NCBI GenBank assembly: GCA_044892525.1
Contig: CM097887.1
Span: 72,540,001 to 72,604,000, forward strand
Direction of reading: 5' to 3'
DNA: 64,000 bases
DNA from: Schmidtea polychroa
Lineage: Eukaryota
The translations under genes and the position numbers were made by a program. Shown one piece after another: positions 45,801-57,006 of this stretch; the stretch's first letter is position 1, and each line of letters begins with the position of its first letter. The notes below the pieces were generated by a model. It saw nothing but the letters and a program-made list of their open reading frames with translations. It was not told where the DNA came from and made no database searches.

Positions 45801-48072
45801 TCTAAAGTGTATAAATGTCTTCCTTCAGATAAATTCCATAACATTAAAGTTCCATCCCATGACCCAGACAATGCAAATAGACCATCACTTGAGATAACAA
45901 ATTTCAAATACATCCCAAATAATCATAGATTTATCCCTTGATGCAGAAATAAGAGTTTTTGGGTATATTGGGTTAGTTGCAATTTGTGAAATAGGTCTAT
46001 CATGACCAGTGATCCCTTCAAAGTCAATTTTTCAGTCATTATTTTTCAATTTTCTTTAAAAAATTCCAATTTCAAAAAATCGCTCAAAACTTCTCTTTAA
46101 ACAAAAGCACTGACAAACTCCAGAATTCTACAACCATTCCTGGCGTCAGTGTCGCACACACAGACGCGATAAAAACGAAATCGTCACCGCCAGTCAGAGG
46201 GAGAAGTCATTCCCCCCTCTGACTGGTCGAAACAATAAATATTTTATAAAGTTTTCTTCGGTCCCATGGATTTCGTTATAACGGTATTCTACTGTATAAA
46301 GATTTTTACTATGCTGCAACCAATAAAAAATATTCCTAAATAATTATGCTATAATTATGCTACATAATGTCGATGACAAAAAATAAGTTTGTAGCTCTTT
46401 AAAATTCTCAAACCGTGTCGCTACCCGGTATTTGGCTCAATTTAGTCCGAGAGTTTGCCCAACGCTGGTCTATAGTGTAAGCCATTATTTAATGTCATGG
46501 ATTTAATTAAATGTCAGTTTTGGCTATAACGCATACACACAGATATATTATAGACAGGTTTTATTGGGAGGCAAAAAAATAATTGAAAAATGATAGTATA
46601 CTTTATATGTAATATTTATAAAAATAAATAAATAAATCAACTACTGTAAATAGGATCTTTTTGATCCTACTGAGCCATTAGATAAATTACGAGGTAGAGG
46701 CGAGATGGTTGAAATAGATTAAACTCATCTGGTTTCACGTTGGAATGGAAATGACAGAATTCTTGCATGAGAACGATACTGAATAATCGGGGTATTTTGC
46801 AGAAGAATTAAAAATGTACGTTGTTGCTTAGTACGTAATCTTATGAGAAACTTGCCATCATTTTATAATCAATAACGTGTTAGAAAGAATTTCGATTATA
46901 ATAGATAAATCGTGTGGATATAATCCAATAAACAATCGTATTGCATTTGTTTTTTTAATGATAACAACATTCATACTAAACATTTTGAGAGGTGTTGGTG
47001 AACAGCCGATTCAAAAACGCAATGTGATCATAATTGATTTGATAAGAACGATTATTGTATTAATTTTATAAAGCATTTATAAAGTCAAATCTACAACTGG
47101 AACCTAGAGAGGTTATCACAATGAAAAAATTAACAAATTATGCCTATAACAATAAACTTCTCTGTTAGACATAGTTTATTCATCCTTTTCAGTTATTTAA
47201 AATGCCTAATTCCTCAGGGGTAGTCCAAATTGTTTATTTTGAAAATTCTTCACAGTATTGCTATTTCCTATATATAATTATTTTAATAGCAGAGAAAGAT
47301 TTAAACAATCGGGGCAACTATTTGTAAAGAATATATTTTAGAAAGATTAATAGATGAATTATCTCAAATAAAACAACTGTTATGTCGGTAAATGTAACGC
47401 CTTTATAATAAAATACCAAAAATATGTGAGGATCGGTTCAAAATTGAAGAAGATTTCCCATCACAAAGAGACTAGCGCGAAAATTAGATATTATTTTAAT
47501 GATTAATATTAAGTAATTAATTATATCAAATTTGCATTGCATAAAAATGTATACAATTTGTTTATCAGCTGAATTGAAATAAAAATCAAATCTAAAGTGA
47601 AAATTAAATTATTTTTTGAAGAATATTAAATTAATATTATTGATTTTATTTAAGTCAAATAAGAGTTGTAAATAACAATAAACATTTCTCACCGTGGCAG
47701 GTGATCCTAGACTTTGTCGAGGTACGGGTTTCGCTTCATTTGATTGCTGTACTCTAATTATATTTGTATAATTACTTCACTAATTTACTTGTTGAAATCT
47801 TGGTGCAGTTTTTGATCCAAGAGCATATCCTAAATTGCTTCGAGGTATTTTATTCATTACAGCAATCATGTTAGTTTTCTTATAAAAATAGAATTATAAT
47901 TATATTCACGAAATAGCACTAACATCTTCCACGTCATAACAGCCAGGTCCGAGATTAGGCGGCCCTCTGATCGGATTCATTGAATTTCCTAATCTGTCTC
48001 GAGCCATTTGAGTTGGATAAATTTGACGATCTCCGCATGTTCCAAAAATGTAAAGGCTTTTCTTTTCAGCAA
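36897..48072 (-). CDS. PIFO: Pitchfork (PIFO/CIMAP3)-like ciliary protein with PGP-type repeats
   Basis: Exons ~48072-47924 ([31 protein letters not shown]), 47878-47789 ([19 protein letters not shown]), 47746-47693, 43412-43315 ([10 protein letters not shown]), 43271-43171 (PGTYNPE..FG) and 36965-36897 ([19 protein letters not shown]). Phases are consistent except for one missing phase 1-to-0 exon before the last. Start codon not located. Confidence 0.8.
37740..38191 (+). other. Unassigned coding-like segment inside the PIFO intron (one homopolymer frameshift)
   Basis: [11 protein letters not shown]...[13 protein letters not shown] joins [14 protein letters not shown]... if one T is removed at about 37857. 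No family recognised. Confidence 0.3.
39717..39785 (+). pseudogene. Isolated Rab5-family GTPase fragment (switch II)
   Basis: [23 protein letters not shown] versus the Rab5 consensus [23 protein letters not shown]. No flanking Rab sequence. Confidence 0.7.
40181..41958 (+). mobile_element. Mutator (MULE) DNA transposon; transposase 40330-41736 with a single in-frame stop
   Basis: FLYWCH-like YWRC..C...[29 protein letters not shown]. The TAA at 41224-41226 is in frame with the 41245 ORF. Inverted GACGAGTTKATCGAAAAATAWTATTTTTAAGGAA occurs at both ends. Confidence 0.9.
42490..42605. repeat. GGGGCCTTTTG subterminal-type repeats, probable MULE/MITE end
   Basis: Five degenerate GGGGCCTTTT(G) units ending GGGTCACC. 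Confidence 0.35.
43991..44288 (+). pseudogene. BEL/Pao pol (RNase H-like) fragment
   Basis: [18 protein letters not shown] ... [13 protein letters not shown] resembles the BEL/Pao LHxFxDASxxAYxAxxY...PRLEL pattern. Confidence 0.55.
44662..45117 (+). pseudogene. CSTF3: CstF-77/suppressor of forked N-terminal HAT-repeat fragment, uninterrupted
   Basis: [58 protein letters not shown]...A...[14 protein letters not shown]. An internal deletion follows AEEALK. Confidence 0.9.
45118..45210 (+). pseudogene. EEF1A: Elongation factor 1-alpha internal fragment fused in frame to the CSTF3 fragment
   Basis: [30 protein letters not shown] versus eEF1[31 protein letters not shown]. Confidence 0.85.
45409..45634 (-). 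pseudogene. PRPF19: PRP19 N-terminal U-box fragment (not in the ORF track)
   Basis: (ATA)[31 protein letters not shown]...DPV....LIEIKV....PKP..SI.ALLKA versus PRP19 MSLICSISNEVPEHP..S.HVYERRLIEK....DP....LIDIKV...PKP...SIPAILKA. Confidence 0.88.
45670..46039 (-). pseudogene. RACK1: RACK1 fragment: WD1, part of WD2, then WD5-WD6
   Basis: [35 protein letters not shown]; [53 protein letters not shown]. Confidence 0.9.
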
Positions 48073-48286
48073 ATATACCTTATTCGTTTAAAAAATAATC
48101 AATTTTAACTAATCGTAATTATACTTTCAATCTTGTCAAGAATACTAGGTTCTGAGCTATACATAGTCATATTAAAATCTTATATTACTATAGCTACGAA
48201 TAAAGTAATATTATTTAAACAAGGATTACGAAGTATTATGATTAAATTCAAATTTTATAAATTGTTTTTAAACTTAATATGTATGC

Positions 48287-48350
<64 letters not shown>

Positions 48351-48452
48351 ATTTTAAAATCCAATTATTCTTCAAAATAGCTGCTGTTGTATTCTCGTCT
48401 TGTCATGATACTGCATTTCATGATGTATATCTAATAAATTGACTCATAATTG

Positions 48453-48453
<1 letters not shown>

Positions 48454-48533
<80 letters not shown>

Positions 48534-51500
48534 GCATCTTTCGATGAATTGTTAAAGTTCCATAAAAAACAATAAAAGTTGTCTCAAATAAATTCGAATT
48601 ATTGTGTTTTAAAATAGTTTCTTTAGTTCGTATTGTCAATGTTTTTCTTTTTTGGCATTCTTTACAACTGCGGATTACAATCTTAATTTGTTCACGTTTA
48701 TTTTCAAAATCAAATGTTTGTACTTTCTTCACCCCTGCATGGCATAACGTTTGATGAGTGTGTTCTACGAATTGTCTTATCTTTTTCTTTGGTATCCATA
48801 TTTTCCTTTTGTTCGTTTTTATCACATTGTTTTTAATTTCAAATTTGATTTCTTCTCCTTTCAGTATTTTTTATCTTATATCAACAATCTCTATAGGGTT
48901 TTTTTGCCACATGGAACCATCATCTCCTAGCATCAACGCTAGGATTCTTGTCTTTAACCTGCCTTTCTTTGGTTCTTCGTGTATTGTTTGGTACTGTATG
49001 CATGTGTCACATTTGTTCCGTGATAAAACATCAGCATTAACATGTAATTCGCCTTTTTTGTACTTTAAATCCATATCTAAACCACTAAGATGGTTAATCC
49101 ACGTCTGAAACTGTGGTGTAATAGGTTTCTTGGTTTTAAGCATAAATGTTATTGCCTTGTGATTCGTTCGAAGTTTAAATCGCTTCCCATATAAATAATT
49201 TTTACAATATAAAGTAAAATAATAAATTCCAAGTAATTCTTTTCTAGTGATGCAATACCCTAATTCGTGTGTACTCATTGCACGCGATTCATACGTAATC
49301 ACTTTTTCATTTCCATTAGAATTGTTGGGTTATAGAGTTGTTGATAAATTTAAATGTTACTCTGACTCCAAGCGTGTCTTTGACTGATCCACAAGTAACA
49401 CTTGACAACAGAAATCTTTATTGATTATCACAAATGAAATTTCACTTTACACTGACAATCAATTCAACACTCTGCTTGGTGACTATACAATGCTTATTAC
49501 AACACTCAGTGAGGAATAGCATTTGCGGATAACACCGGATTAAAAGATCACAAATTACTGATTGGTTTATCAACTGGGACTTTGAGCTGATTGTTTTCTT
49601 TGACCTTCTTCACAAATTTAATTCAAATACTCAAGTAACTTCTTTTCTCAAATCTTCTCCAATAATTATTCTTCACAATTATTTTCTTCACAATTCTTTT
49701 TCACAAATCGTTTCTCCAATAACGTTTCGTCCAACGTTGTCTAATTTTTCCAATAATTTTCTCCCAAGTTTGTCTCTCAAGTTGTCTGAATTTGAGTCCA
49801 CCAGTTTCCCTTTATATAGTTATTTTATTTGTGGCACTGGCGACTGATTCTGTTTTCCATTTTCCTTTTCCTCTACGTCATCCTTATCTCTGACAGATAT
49901 CAAGATATTTTTTCATTTTCATTTTTTGTTAAGCCGCCTTCTCCCGATAATTTCGCTATCTTTGACAAGCTGTCAAAAATTTTTTTTTACTAGAATTTGA
50001 AATTCCACCTTCATTTGCACTTCCTTATTAATAATGACCTTTGTTTTAATTTCTTGTTTGTTTTCTTTTCTTTGATTTATCTTTCTCATTTTTAATTTCG
50101 TTTTACTTCCGTTTTCTTTTCTGAGTTCCCATAGATCATCCCGTTTGTCATGGCGATCTTCCCCCCAGGTAATTTATTTATTTATTCTGTTATTTTCATT
50201 TAGTTATCCTCAACAGAATTTAACTGTGATAACACCACTCCTATTCCATCAAAGTTGCATCTAATATAAATTCTTTTTCTAGATTCGGGAAAGCCAGTAT
50301 TGGGGCTCTCATTAATTGTTCTTTCATACCTTGAAATGCTATTTCGCATTCATCTGTCCATATTAATTTTTTTTAGTTACTCTCATATAGTTTCTCCAAG
50401 TTCTTAGAAAACTTTGTATAATTTCCAATGAATATTTGATAATAATTCGTAAGTCCCAAAAATCTCCTCAACCTCTTTTAACATTTTGGTATTTCGAACT
50501 GTTTTATTGCGTCAATTTTACAATCCTTCGTTCTTATACCATCTTTATTTATGATATGGCCTAAAAACTTAGTTTCACATTTCGAAAAGTGACATTTTTC
50601 TCGTCTCAACTTTAATTCAGTTATTTTAATTCTATCTAGAACATTTTGTACTCTTTTTATATGTTCCTCTTTAGTTTTTTGAAAATATTAGGATATCGTC
50701 CAGGTACACTACAGCTTCTTTCCAATTTAGTGATCCAAGTACACTGTTCGTTAATTTCTGGAAAGTAGCAGGAGCCGCTGGTATCCCAAATGGCTTATGA
50801 TTGAAGCAATATTGATCATTTTTTGTAGAGAAAGCCGTTTTCTTTTTTGAATCTTCAGTTAACTCCACTTTATGCACTTGGTAATATGCACTGCCTAAAT
50901 TCAGTGTTGTGAAAAATCTCGATCCATTAAGAGTGTCCATTATTTCTTCTGTATTTGGTATTGGAGAATAGGTCCTCTGTTACTAAATTTAATGCTCGAA
51001 AATCTGAGCAAATCTCATCTTTGTCTTTCTTTTATATGCATGCCAGTGGCAAATTCCAAGGTGATTCGCATTTATTTATAATACCATTCTTTTCCATCTC
51101 TTTAATATTTTCTTCTATTTTCGATAAGAGGTGTACAGGTTGATATCTTGGATAAATAACAATGGGATGTCCTGTCGTATTTATCTCATCTTCTACTACC
51201 CCATACAGTTACAGTTATATAATTATCTTTCCCATTACAGTTATGCCACTGCCGTTTGTACATTTCACTTCAATATCACATTTCTCCAAAGTTTCCAAAT
51301 CTTTTATAAATTTCGTATTCTAAAACACTAATCTTTTTCCATGTATCAAGCATACACATTGCCTTTTCTTTATTTATTTCAATTTCTACACTGGGTCTTC
51401 CTCATATATGGTTATAATTAGTTATAAATTCTTTGGGATTTTCCACTTTTATTTTCCACTTTATTATTACGTTACTAGAGTGATATGGTTTAAAAATTAA

Positions 51501-52300
51501 TTTATTTTCATTTAAATTATATAAATCATAAATATTATAATTATTAAGTTCATTCAAACTATTATCAAAATACATATCAACATTGTTCGAAATATCACTT
51601 ACATTCAATTTATGGCTCCGATCATTTCCCCAGATGTCGGAGCACATTCGTTTGGGTCATCTCCTTCCACTGATCGTTCGCACTCGTCTCCGAAAGCAGC
51701 TATGTACCGAGAACTCTGGGACTTCCTTTGTGGATTAACTTCATAACACTGGTGTTTGAAATGTCCATTCTTGTGACAATAATTGCATTTGACTTTTGGG
51801 CATTCTGATCTTAGATGACTTTCTTCTCTACAAGCCCAACAACTTCGTATGTGATTATCTTGGTTTGGATAAACATTTCTTCTAATCGATCCGTTAAAAT
51901 GTCTCGCGGGCCACTAATGTCCTTCTCGAAATTGTCCTTGATTTCTGGTCTTTTCCCACTGATTTCGATTTCCTGATCTTTGAGTATTTGTTTCCGGTCG
52001 TTCTACATTCCGACTTTGTTCGATTCTTTCGTTCATTTGACGATGATATGGTTTTCTTTGGTTCCATGTTTATCCTTCATTGAACAATGCTACTTTAGCA
52101 TAATTTTTCTTTACATGTTGTATCGAACCAAAGTTTTCGATTTCAATATCTTTTTAATATCATCATATTTGACCAATCGATTTTTTATTTCTTCGGATGT
52201 TTTTTGTCCTTGTAATTTTAAATCGAATTTAAGTCAGAAATATGTGTATTTTACAAGCATTAAATACCCCGTTATTACTCGACAGCACAAATTAAATTAA
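48454..52300 (-). mobile_element. Decayed Ty3/gypsy element (gag-PR-RT-RH-IN), split by a solo LTR
   Basis: Knuckles CWAC..ESH..SEC and CNYC..NGH...QC (~51700-51850); PR MLDTW (~51340); RT LNLGSAYYQ..KTAF..PFG..YLDD (50671-50940); RH DA..GIGVVLSQ|VITYESR..TRKELL (50300-48871); IN HHCC HQTLCHAG..CKEC (48454-48825). Confidence 0.9.
49323..50215 (-). mobile_element. Solo LTR (893 bp) inserted in the RNase H of the gypsy element
   Basis: TGTTG...CAACA termini with a perfect TSD GAAT (49319-49322 and 50216-50219). Removing it restores the reading frame SQLNSNGNEKV. Same family as 23569-24472. Confidence 0.93.
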
Positions 52301-52334
52301 TTTTAATAAAATAAAAATAATAAATCAATCCTAA

Positions 52335-53702
52335 TTGTCATCATCAGGGCCGACCACTTCAAACTCTTCTTTTTCCAGTCATTTTCTCTTCCATTTACAC
52401 CTCTTTCTCCACGAAACTTACTGCGTACCAGCTTTGACCGATCGATATTTGTCATCATTCTCTTTTTCTTTTAGACCATGTCATCGAATTCAACTAGAAA
52501 ATCAGTAATCACGCCCTGCTTTTCTTGTACCAACAAGAATATGACGATCTTAGACGATGCAGGACGAGATTGGATTTTTGAAGTGAAAGATAAACTATCT
52601 GGAGGGGACATGGTTTTTCCTGCCTAGATGAAAGAAATGCATCGAAAACTGACAAGAAGCGAGCATTGCCGGGATAGTCTGATCAAATAGACTCATCAAG
52701 GAGCAATAAGAAGCGCTCCACAAGGTCTATGTTCAGCCTGTATTCACCAGGAAGATAGTAGTATCCCAATCGCAGAAGCCGACAATGTCTATCCTATTAA
52801 CCATCATCGCCAGAGTTATAAGGACATAAGTCGGAAACGGCTTGTAAAGGGTATGTGGAGACCACTCTCTCTCCCACATCCTCCGAGATCATCATCACGG
52901 ATACCAGTCAGGTGTCACCGAAATCCGCTCAACAGCCAATGGCAGACAAACCACCCGTCGTCACGGAGAAGCCAAAAAGGAAGCAGTTGACGCGCGCCGA
53001 GTGTACCAAACGATGGAAGATGCGATAAGCCGAGGAAGAGTTTCATCTGGCGATCAACAGTGCTATGGCGGCCGCTGATGTAATCAACGCCATGAGCAAC
53101 AATCCGTCCGATAAGTTTCGTATAATACCGCCCACGGGTACACCGTGGGAAGAAGATCTCAATGATTGGTTCGATCTGGACACTCTTTTAAAGGATACCG
53201 AAGCCAGCGGGTTTTGAGGAAATGATCCCAGTAGCGACCTGGTCAGCATAAACTGAATTTTGATTTTGTTCTTTCAGTGATTCTACTCTGTCTGTTTATC
53301 AAATGTAAATATTACTGAGTTAAAATCTTCAAATTTTCTTTTATTCACGGGGTGGGTGTTCTGTAGAAACGTTTTGTTTTCCTACAAGGTTTCGAGAAGC
53401 TGATTAGTGAATAGTTGCCGTCAACCATGATAATACCTGTTGCGACGTAAGTCCTTTTTTCGGTAGTCGGGATTGTGAAGTAGAAAAATCAAGAAGTCGT
53501 CCTAAGGTAGGGGCTCACCTGATCCACGAGTTTCACCGAGGTGTTACAGTATCAACATGATATTAATCATGGGTGCTTAGTCGTTGAGAACAATCATTCG
53601 AAGTCGAACTAGTATGCGACATTTGAAAATTGTTGTGATGGTAAGAGACATTCATCCCCTAGGTGTTCGCTAGTAATGAGTCGACCTAGTGGCGCTCCAA
53701 CA
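52335..53702 (+). mobile_element. 3' portion of a third giant-type LTR ('LTR C')
   Basis: Same order as LTR A (acceptor-ORF-X, donor box, CCAACA end at 53702). The 5' boundary is uncertain. Confidence 0.6.
52478..53217 (+). pseudogene. ORF-X copy 4 (longest, ~245 codons, with stops and frameshifts; missed by the ORF track)
   Basis: MSSNSTRKSVITPCFSCTNKN...KINYLEGTWF..MKE..EHCRDSL..EALHKVY..DNVYP.NHH..CKG..KPKRKQLTR..PWEEDLNDWFDLDTLL..*. A TTTTAG acceptor lies 3 nt before the ATG. Confidence 0.8.
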
Positions 53703-53998
53703 GCTGTAATCATAGGATTCCTGATAATAATATGACAATCCTAATAATGAGGATAATGACCCAGAAAAACAGTCATCAATAATAGGCTTAACCGACCCAA
53801 AAATCACAAATACAACTCTGACAATAAATATTATGAAAACTATTTCCCCTGCCGTCGTCATCAAGTCCTGTTATTTCCAGTCAAAGTTTCGACCTAACGC
53901 ATTCTCTGTTCACTTTAGCCCTTTGAGACAATCTTAATAATTTTTCACGAAATGTGTTTTGTCTTGATTAAATTCTGTCATTTTTTTTGTACCAAGCA

Positions 53999-54402
53999 AT
54001 GAATAACCGACCACAATCCCTGATATCGTGCTTCACGTATTCTGACCAGAACGAGTCCATACGCACGTTGAACAAAAAAATCCGACTCCTGGAAGCGAAA
54101 ATCGACCGCATGGAGGGGACATTTTTTACTCCACTCCAGATGAAAGTTATCAGAAGATTAATCGCCTAGAGCGCTACCGTGACAGCTTGATCACAGAGAG
54201 CAGGCCATAGAGGACCTTGATACAGAAGCAATCTCAGGCTCTGTATCAGGCCTACACAGCACGGGAGCTCGAGACTCGCATAACTGGATTCAGGGTTGCC
54301 AACAAAGCCAACGTCGTCCCAAATCACCACCTTATACCCCCAGTATCTTGTGCCGGTTGTTATTCGTTGGCGACTTCTTCGGTTCCAACTCCGGTTAACT
54401 AA
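53999..54402 (+). pseudogene. ORF-X copy 5 (frameshifted)
   Basis: MNNRPQSLISCFTYSDQN..KIDRMEGTFFTPLQMK / LERYRDSL..QSQALYQAY..NVVPNHH..SCAGC. A pyrimidine-rich acceptor precedes the ATG. Confidence 0.75.
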
Positions 54403-54788
54403 TAATTAAAATGATTTTGTTACTCAAATTAATTTTTAATATAATTTAATAATAACTTTACACTAAAACTTTATATTAAAAATTTTATACTATAAAGGGA
54501 TGATTTCTTTGTTGCAACATTAATTAAATGTTAAACAATTAAATGATAATTTATGCCTTTTGTAGTGAAGTACATATTTAATAAAATGAAAGAAATTTCA
54601 CCTTTAAAAATCGAAAAAATTCAAACAACTAATTTTAAAATTGAAAACTCTTTCATTTTATTAAATATATACTTCCCAAAAAGGCTTTAATTATTATAAT
54701 ATACATAAAACTATATAGTAATTATCTCAATTTTAGCTTTTCATTTTATGGTACTAAATTTTAAAATGTAGTTCAATCCATATTTTTT

Positions 54789-55196
54789 ATGTGCGAACTG
54801 ATTCCAGTAACAGATTGCGTAACAAACGAAAATGATATTGATTTAATACGAAATATATTCGAAACATATAACATTTCTATTGATAATGAAGGAATATCAT
54901 CTGTTCTCAATATAATGAAAGGTTCGTATTTATTTTTTTAATTATCAAATCTGTATTATAGTATAGGCGTAACATATAATGTTATACAGGAATCCAAAGA
55001 TGTTTTGAAACATTGTAATCGAAATGAAATAAGCAAGGAAGATGTTGAATTTGTAATGGAAAGGTTTATGGATAAGCACATGAAAGTATCTGTTCCTCCG
55101 AGAGAAGTAATATCTGAATCTGCAGAATTAATAAATTTGCAAACTTTGGACTTCTCAGACTTGGTTGATAAACCGGCTCCCTGTGAAAATGATTAG
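54789..55196 (+). CDS. TAF9: Divergent TAF9-like histone-fold protein, 2 exons, ~120 aa
   Basis: Exons 54789-54921 and 54967-55196 with a 45-bp phase-1 GT-AG intron. D..LI..I....I...E....L...V....K....H......I..EDV......D.....PPRE.....A...N...L matches the TAF9 pattern. Confidence 0.7.
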
Positions 55197-56648
55197 TTTT
55201 TCATTTTACCACTGTTATTTAATATTTAGACTAAATAAATCAGGTTAATTAGGACTTCTTTATGTAAATAATTTAGTATGGATGACTTTATTACTTATTT
55301 CACAATTCGATTTAAAACAACATACACATTGATATTTCTTTTCCATTGAAATAAAATACTAATGATTTTTTAACATTAGTTACAAGTCTTATAAATATAT
55401 TTTGTTTGAAAATACTTAATGCTACAATTTTAATATAATTGATGAAAAATTAAACTTTGCTAGAACTTTCACAGATGAAAGATGAAAATTATTCTTAACA
55501 TAAGGTTAACTAAATTTTAATTACACTCAGAATAATAGCAGGACAAAATTAAGATCTGAGTACTATTTTAAAATAGAATATTGTCAGTCAAACACTCATG
55601 ATGGCATAAAAAAAGTACATTAAAAGTAATAAATGTTAATTATACATTTATTACAATTAATTTTAGAATAGTTATTTAAGTGTTAGCATATTAAAACAAT
55701 AATTCAGAATGAAAATGGCACCATATTTAAATTTATTAGTTAAACAATTTCAACATTACACAATAAAAGATATTTTTTTAAATATTTTGATAATTTAATG
55801 ATATTCCAACCCAATTGAAATGTCTTGGAATCATCATTTTAGAAGAAAATTATACATTCAAAATATTTTCCATCAAGTTCTTTTAAACCCCAACAACACA
55901 ATTATCGACAAATTCCTTCTTTTTGAACTTGTACATTAAATTTTTATTATTAAGAATTTCTTTGATGAAAATATATATTTTATATATAGGAGAATACAAA
56001 CCCAATGTGATCCTATTTCTTATGTTATTTGTAAATTAATTATTATATTTTTTTTTGTATATTAAAACTTCAATCCTACACTCTAAATTTAAATCTCGAA
56101 TGTTTTTCAATTGAAAAAGGCAGTGCCGAAAATTCGTGACTATCAACAAACATCGACATATTACTGATTTACAGTCTTCAAGCTCTCTTTTTAATAAATT
56201 CAATGGAAAAAATAATCAGTGGGGAAATTGGAAGAAAAAAAAGTTCTTATAATTTTATATATATATATCGAAGATTTTGATATTCAAGAATTTTCGCCAC
56301 TGCCTTTTTCAAGTGAATTTGATCATTATTTAAATTTTCAACATATTGTTGGGGAAAATAAGTTTATTTTTTATTTTATATTAAATTTATTGGTTAATTT
56401 TTAATTATATTTCCTTTTTTTTATATTTTATTTTTTTTAAAAAATTTTTTATAAAACGTTTTTTTAAAATTTTATATATTTTTAATTTAAATAAATGTCT
56501 CTCAGTTTTTTTTTAATTTAGTTAAAATTAATAACACAAATAAGAAACATAAAAATATAAACATTCCTTTCATATTAAAATGGATAACGAAAAAACATAA
56601 ATTCAGTAATATAAAAAACTAAACAATGCCACAAAACTTAAAAGAAAC

Positions 56649-56921
56649 TTATTCATACTTGTAGCTGGACTTTGCCTCATTCATTAAATCGTTATTATTT
56701 AATATGTAGCCGTCCATTTCACTACAACTCAGATTAAAATTAACGACATATTTCAATATGGCCTCAACTGTTTCCGGTAATAATCTATTTCTTTCGTCCG
56801 ACCATTGTATTTCCATAAGGGGAAATATACGCTCTACATTAGCATTGTGGGCAGGTATTGAAAATAAATATTCACACATCTTAAAAATGTCAATGTATTG
56901 TTTCAGAACCTCGGTTTCCAT
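56649..56921 (-). pseudogene. hAT transposase C-terminal dimerisation-domain fragment
   Basis: LFSIPAHNANVERIFPLM..QWSDERNRL..ETVEAIL. Confidence 0.8.
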
Positions 56922-57006
56922 TTTAAAAAATTATTTAATTTTTTGATTATTAGATGATTTCAAGCGCCTAATCTTTCAAATAACGTTTTTTATTCAAGTT
57001 TTCAAG

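Larger units (their letters stand above)
44289..46294. mobile_element. Pack-type TIR element (mariner/pogo-like end) carrying four host gene fragments
   Basis: An ~80-120 bp inverted repeat at 44289 and 46234 (TGTTTCGACCAGTCAGAG.GGGGAATGACTTCTC..TCTGACTGG...CGCGTCTGT). The right end reads CAGTAGAATACCGTTATAACG on the minus strand and is flanked by TA. The outer ~60 bp of the left TIR is missing. No transposase inside. Confidence 0.75.

Noticed and set aside
53690-53704. TGGCGCTCCAACAG as a tRNA-Lys PBS
   Set aside because: It overlaps the CCAACA LTR terminus shared with LTRs A and B, so it is inside the LTR end rather than downstream of it.
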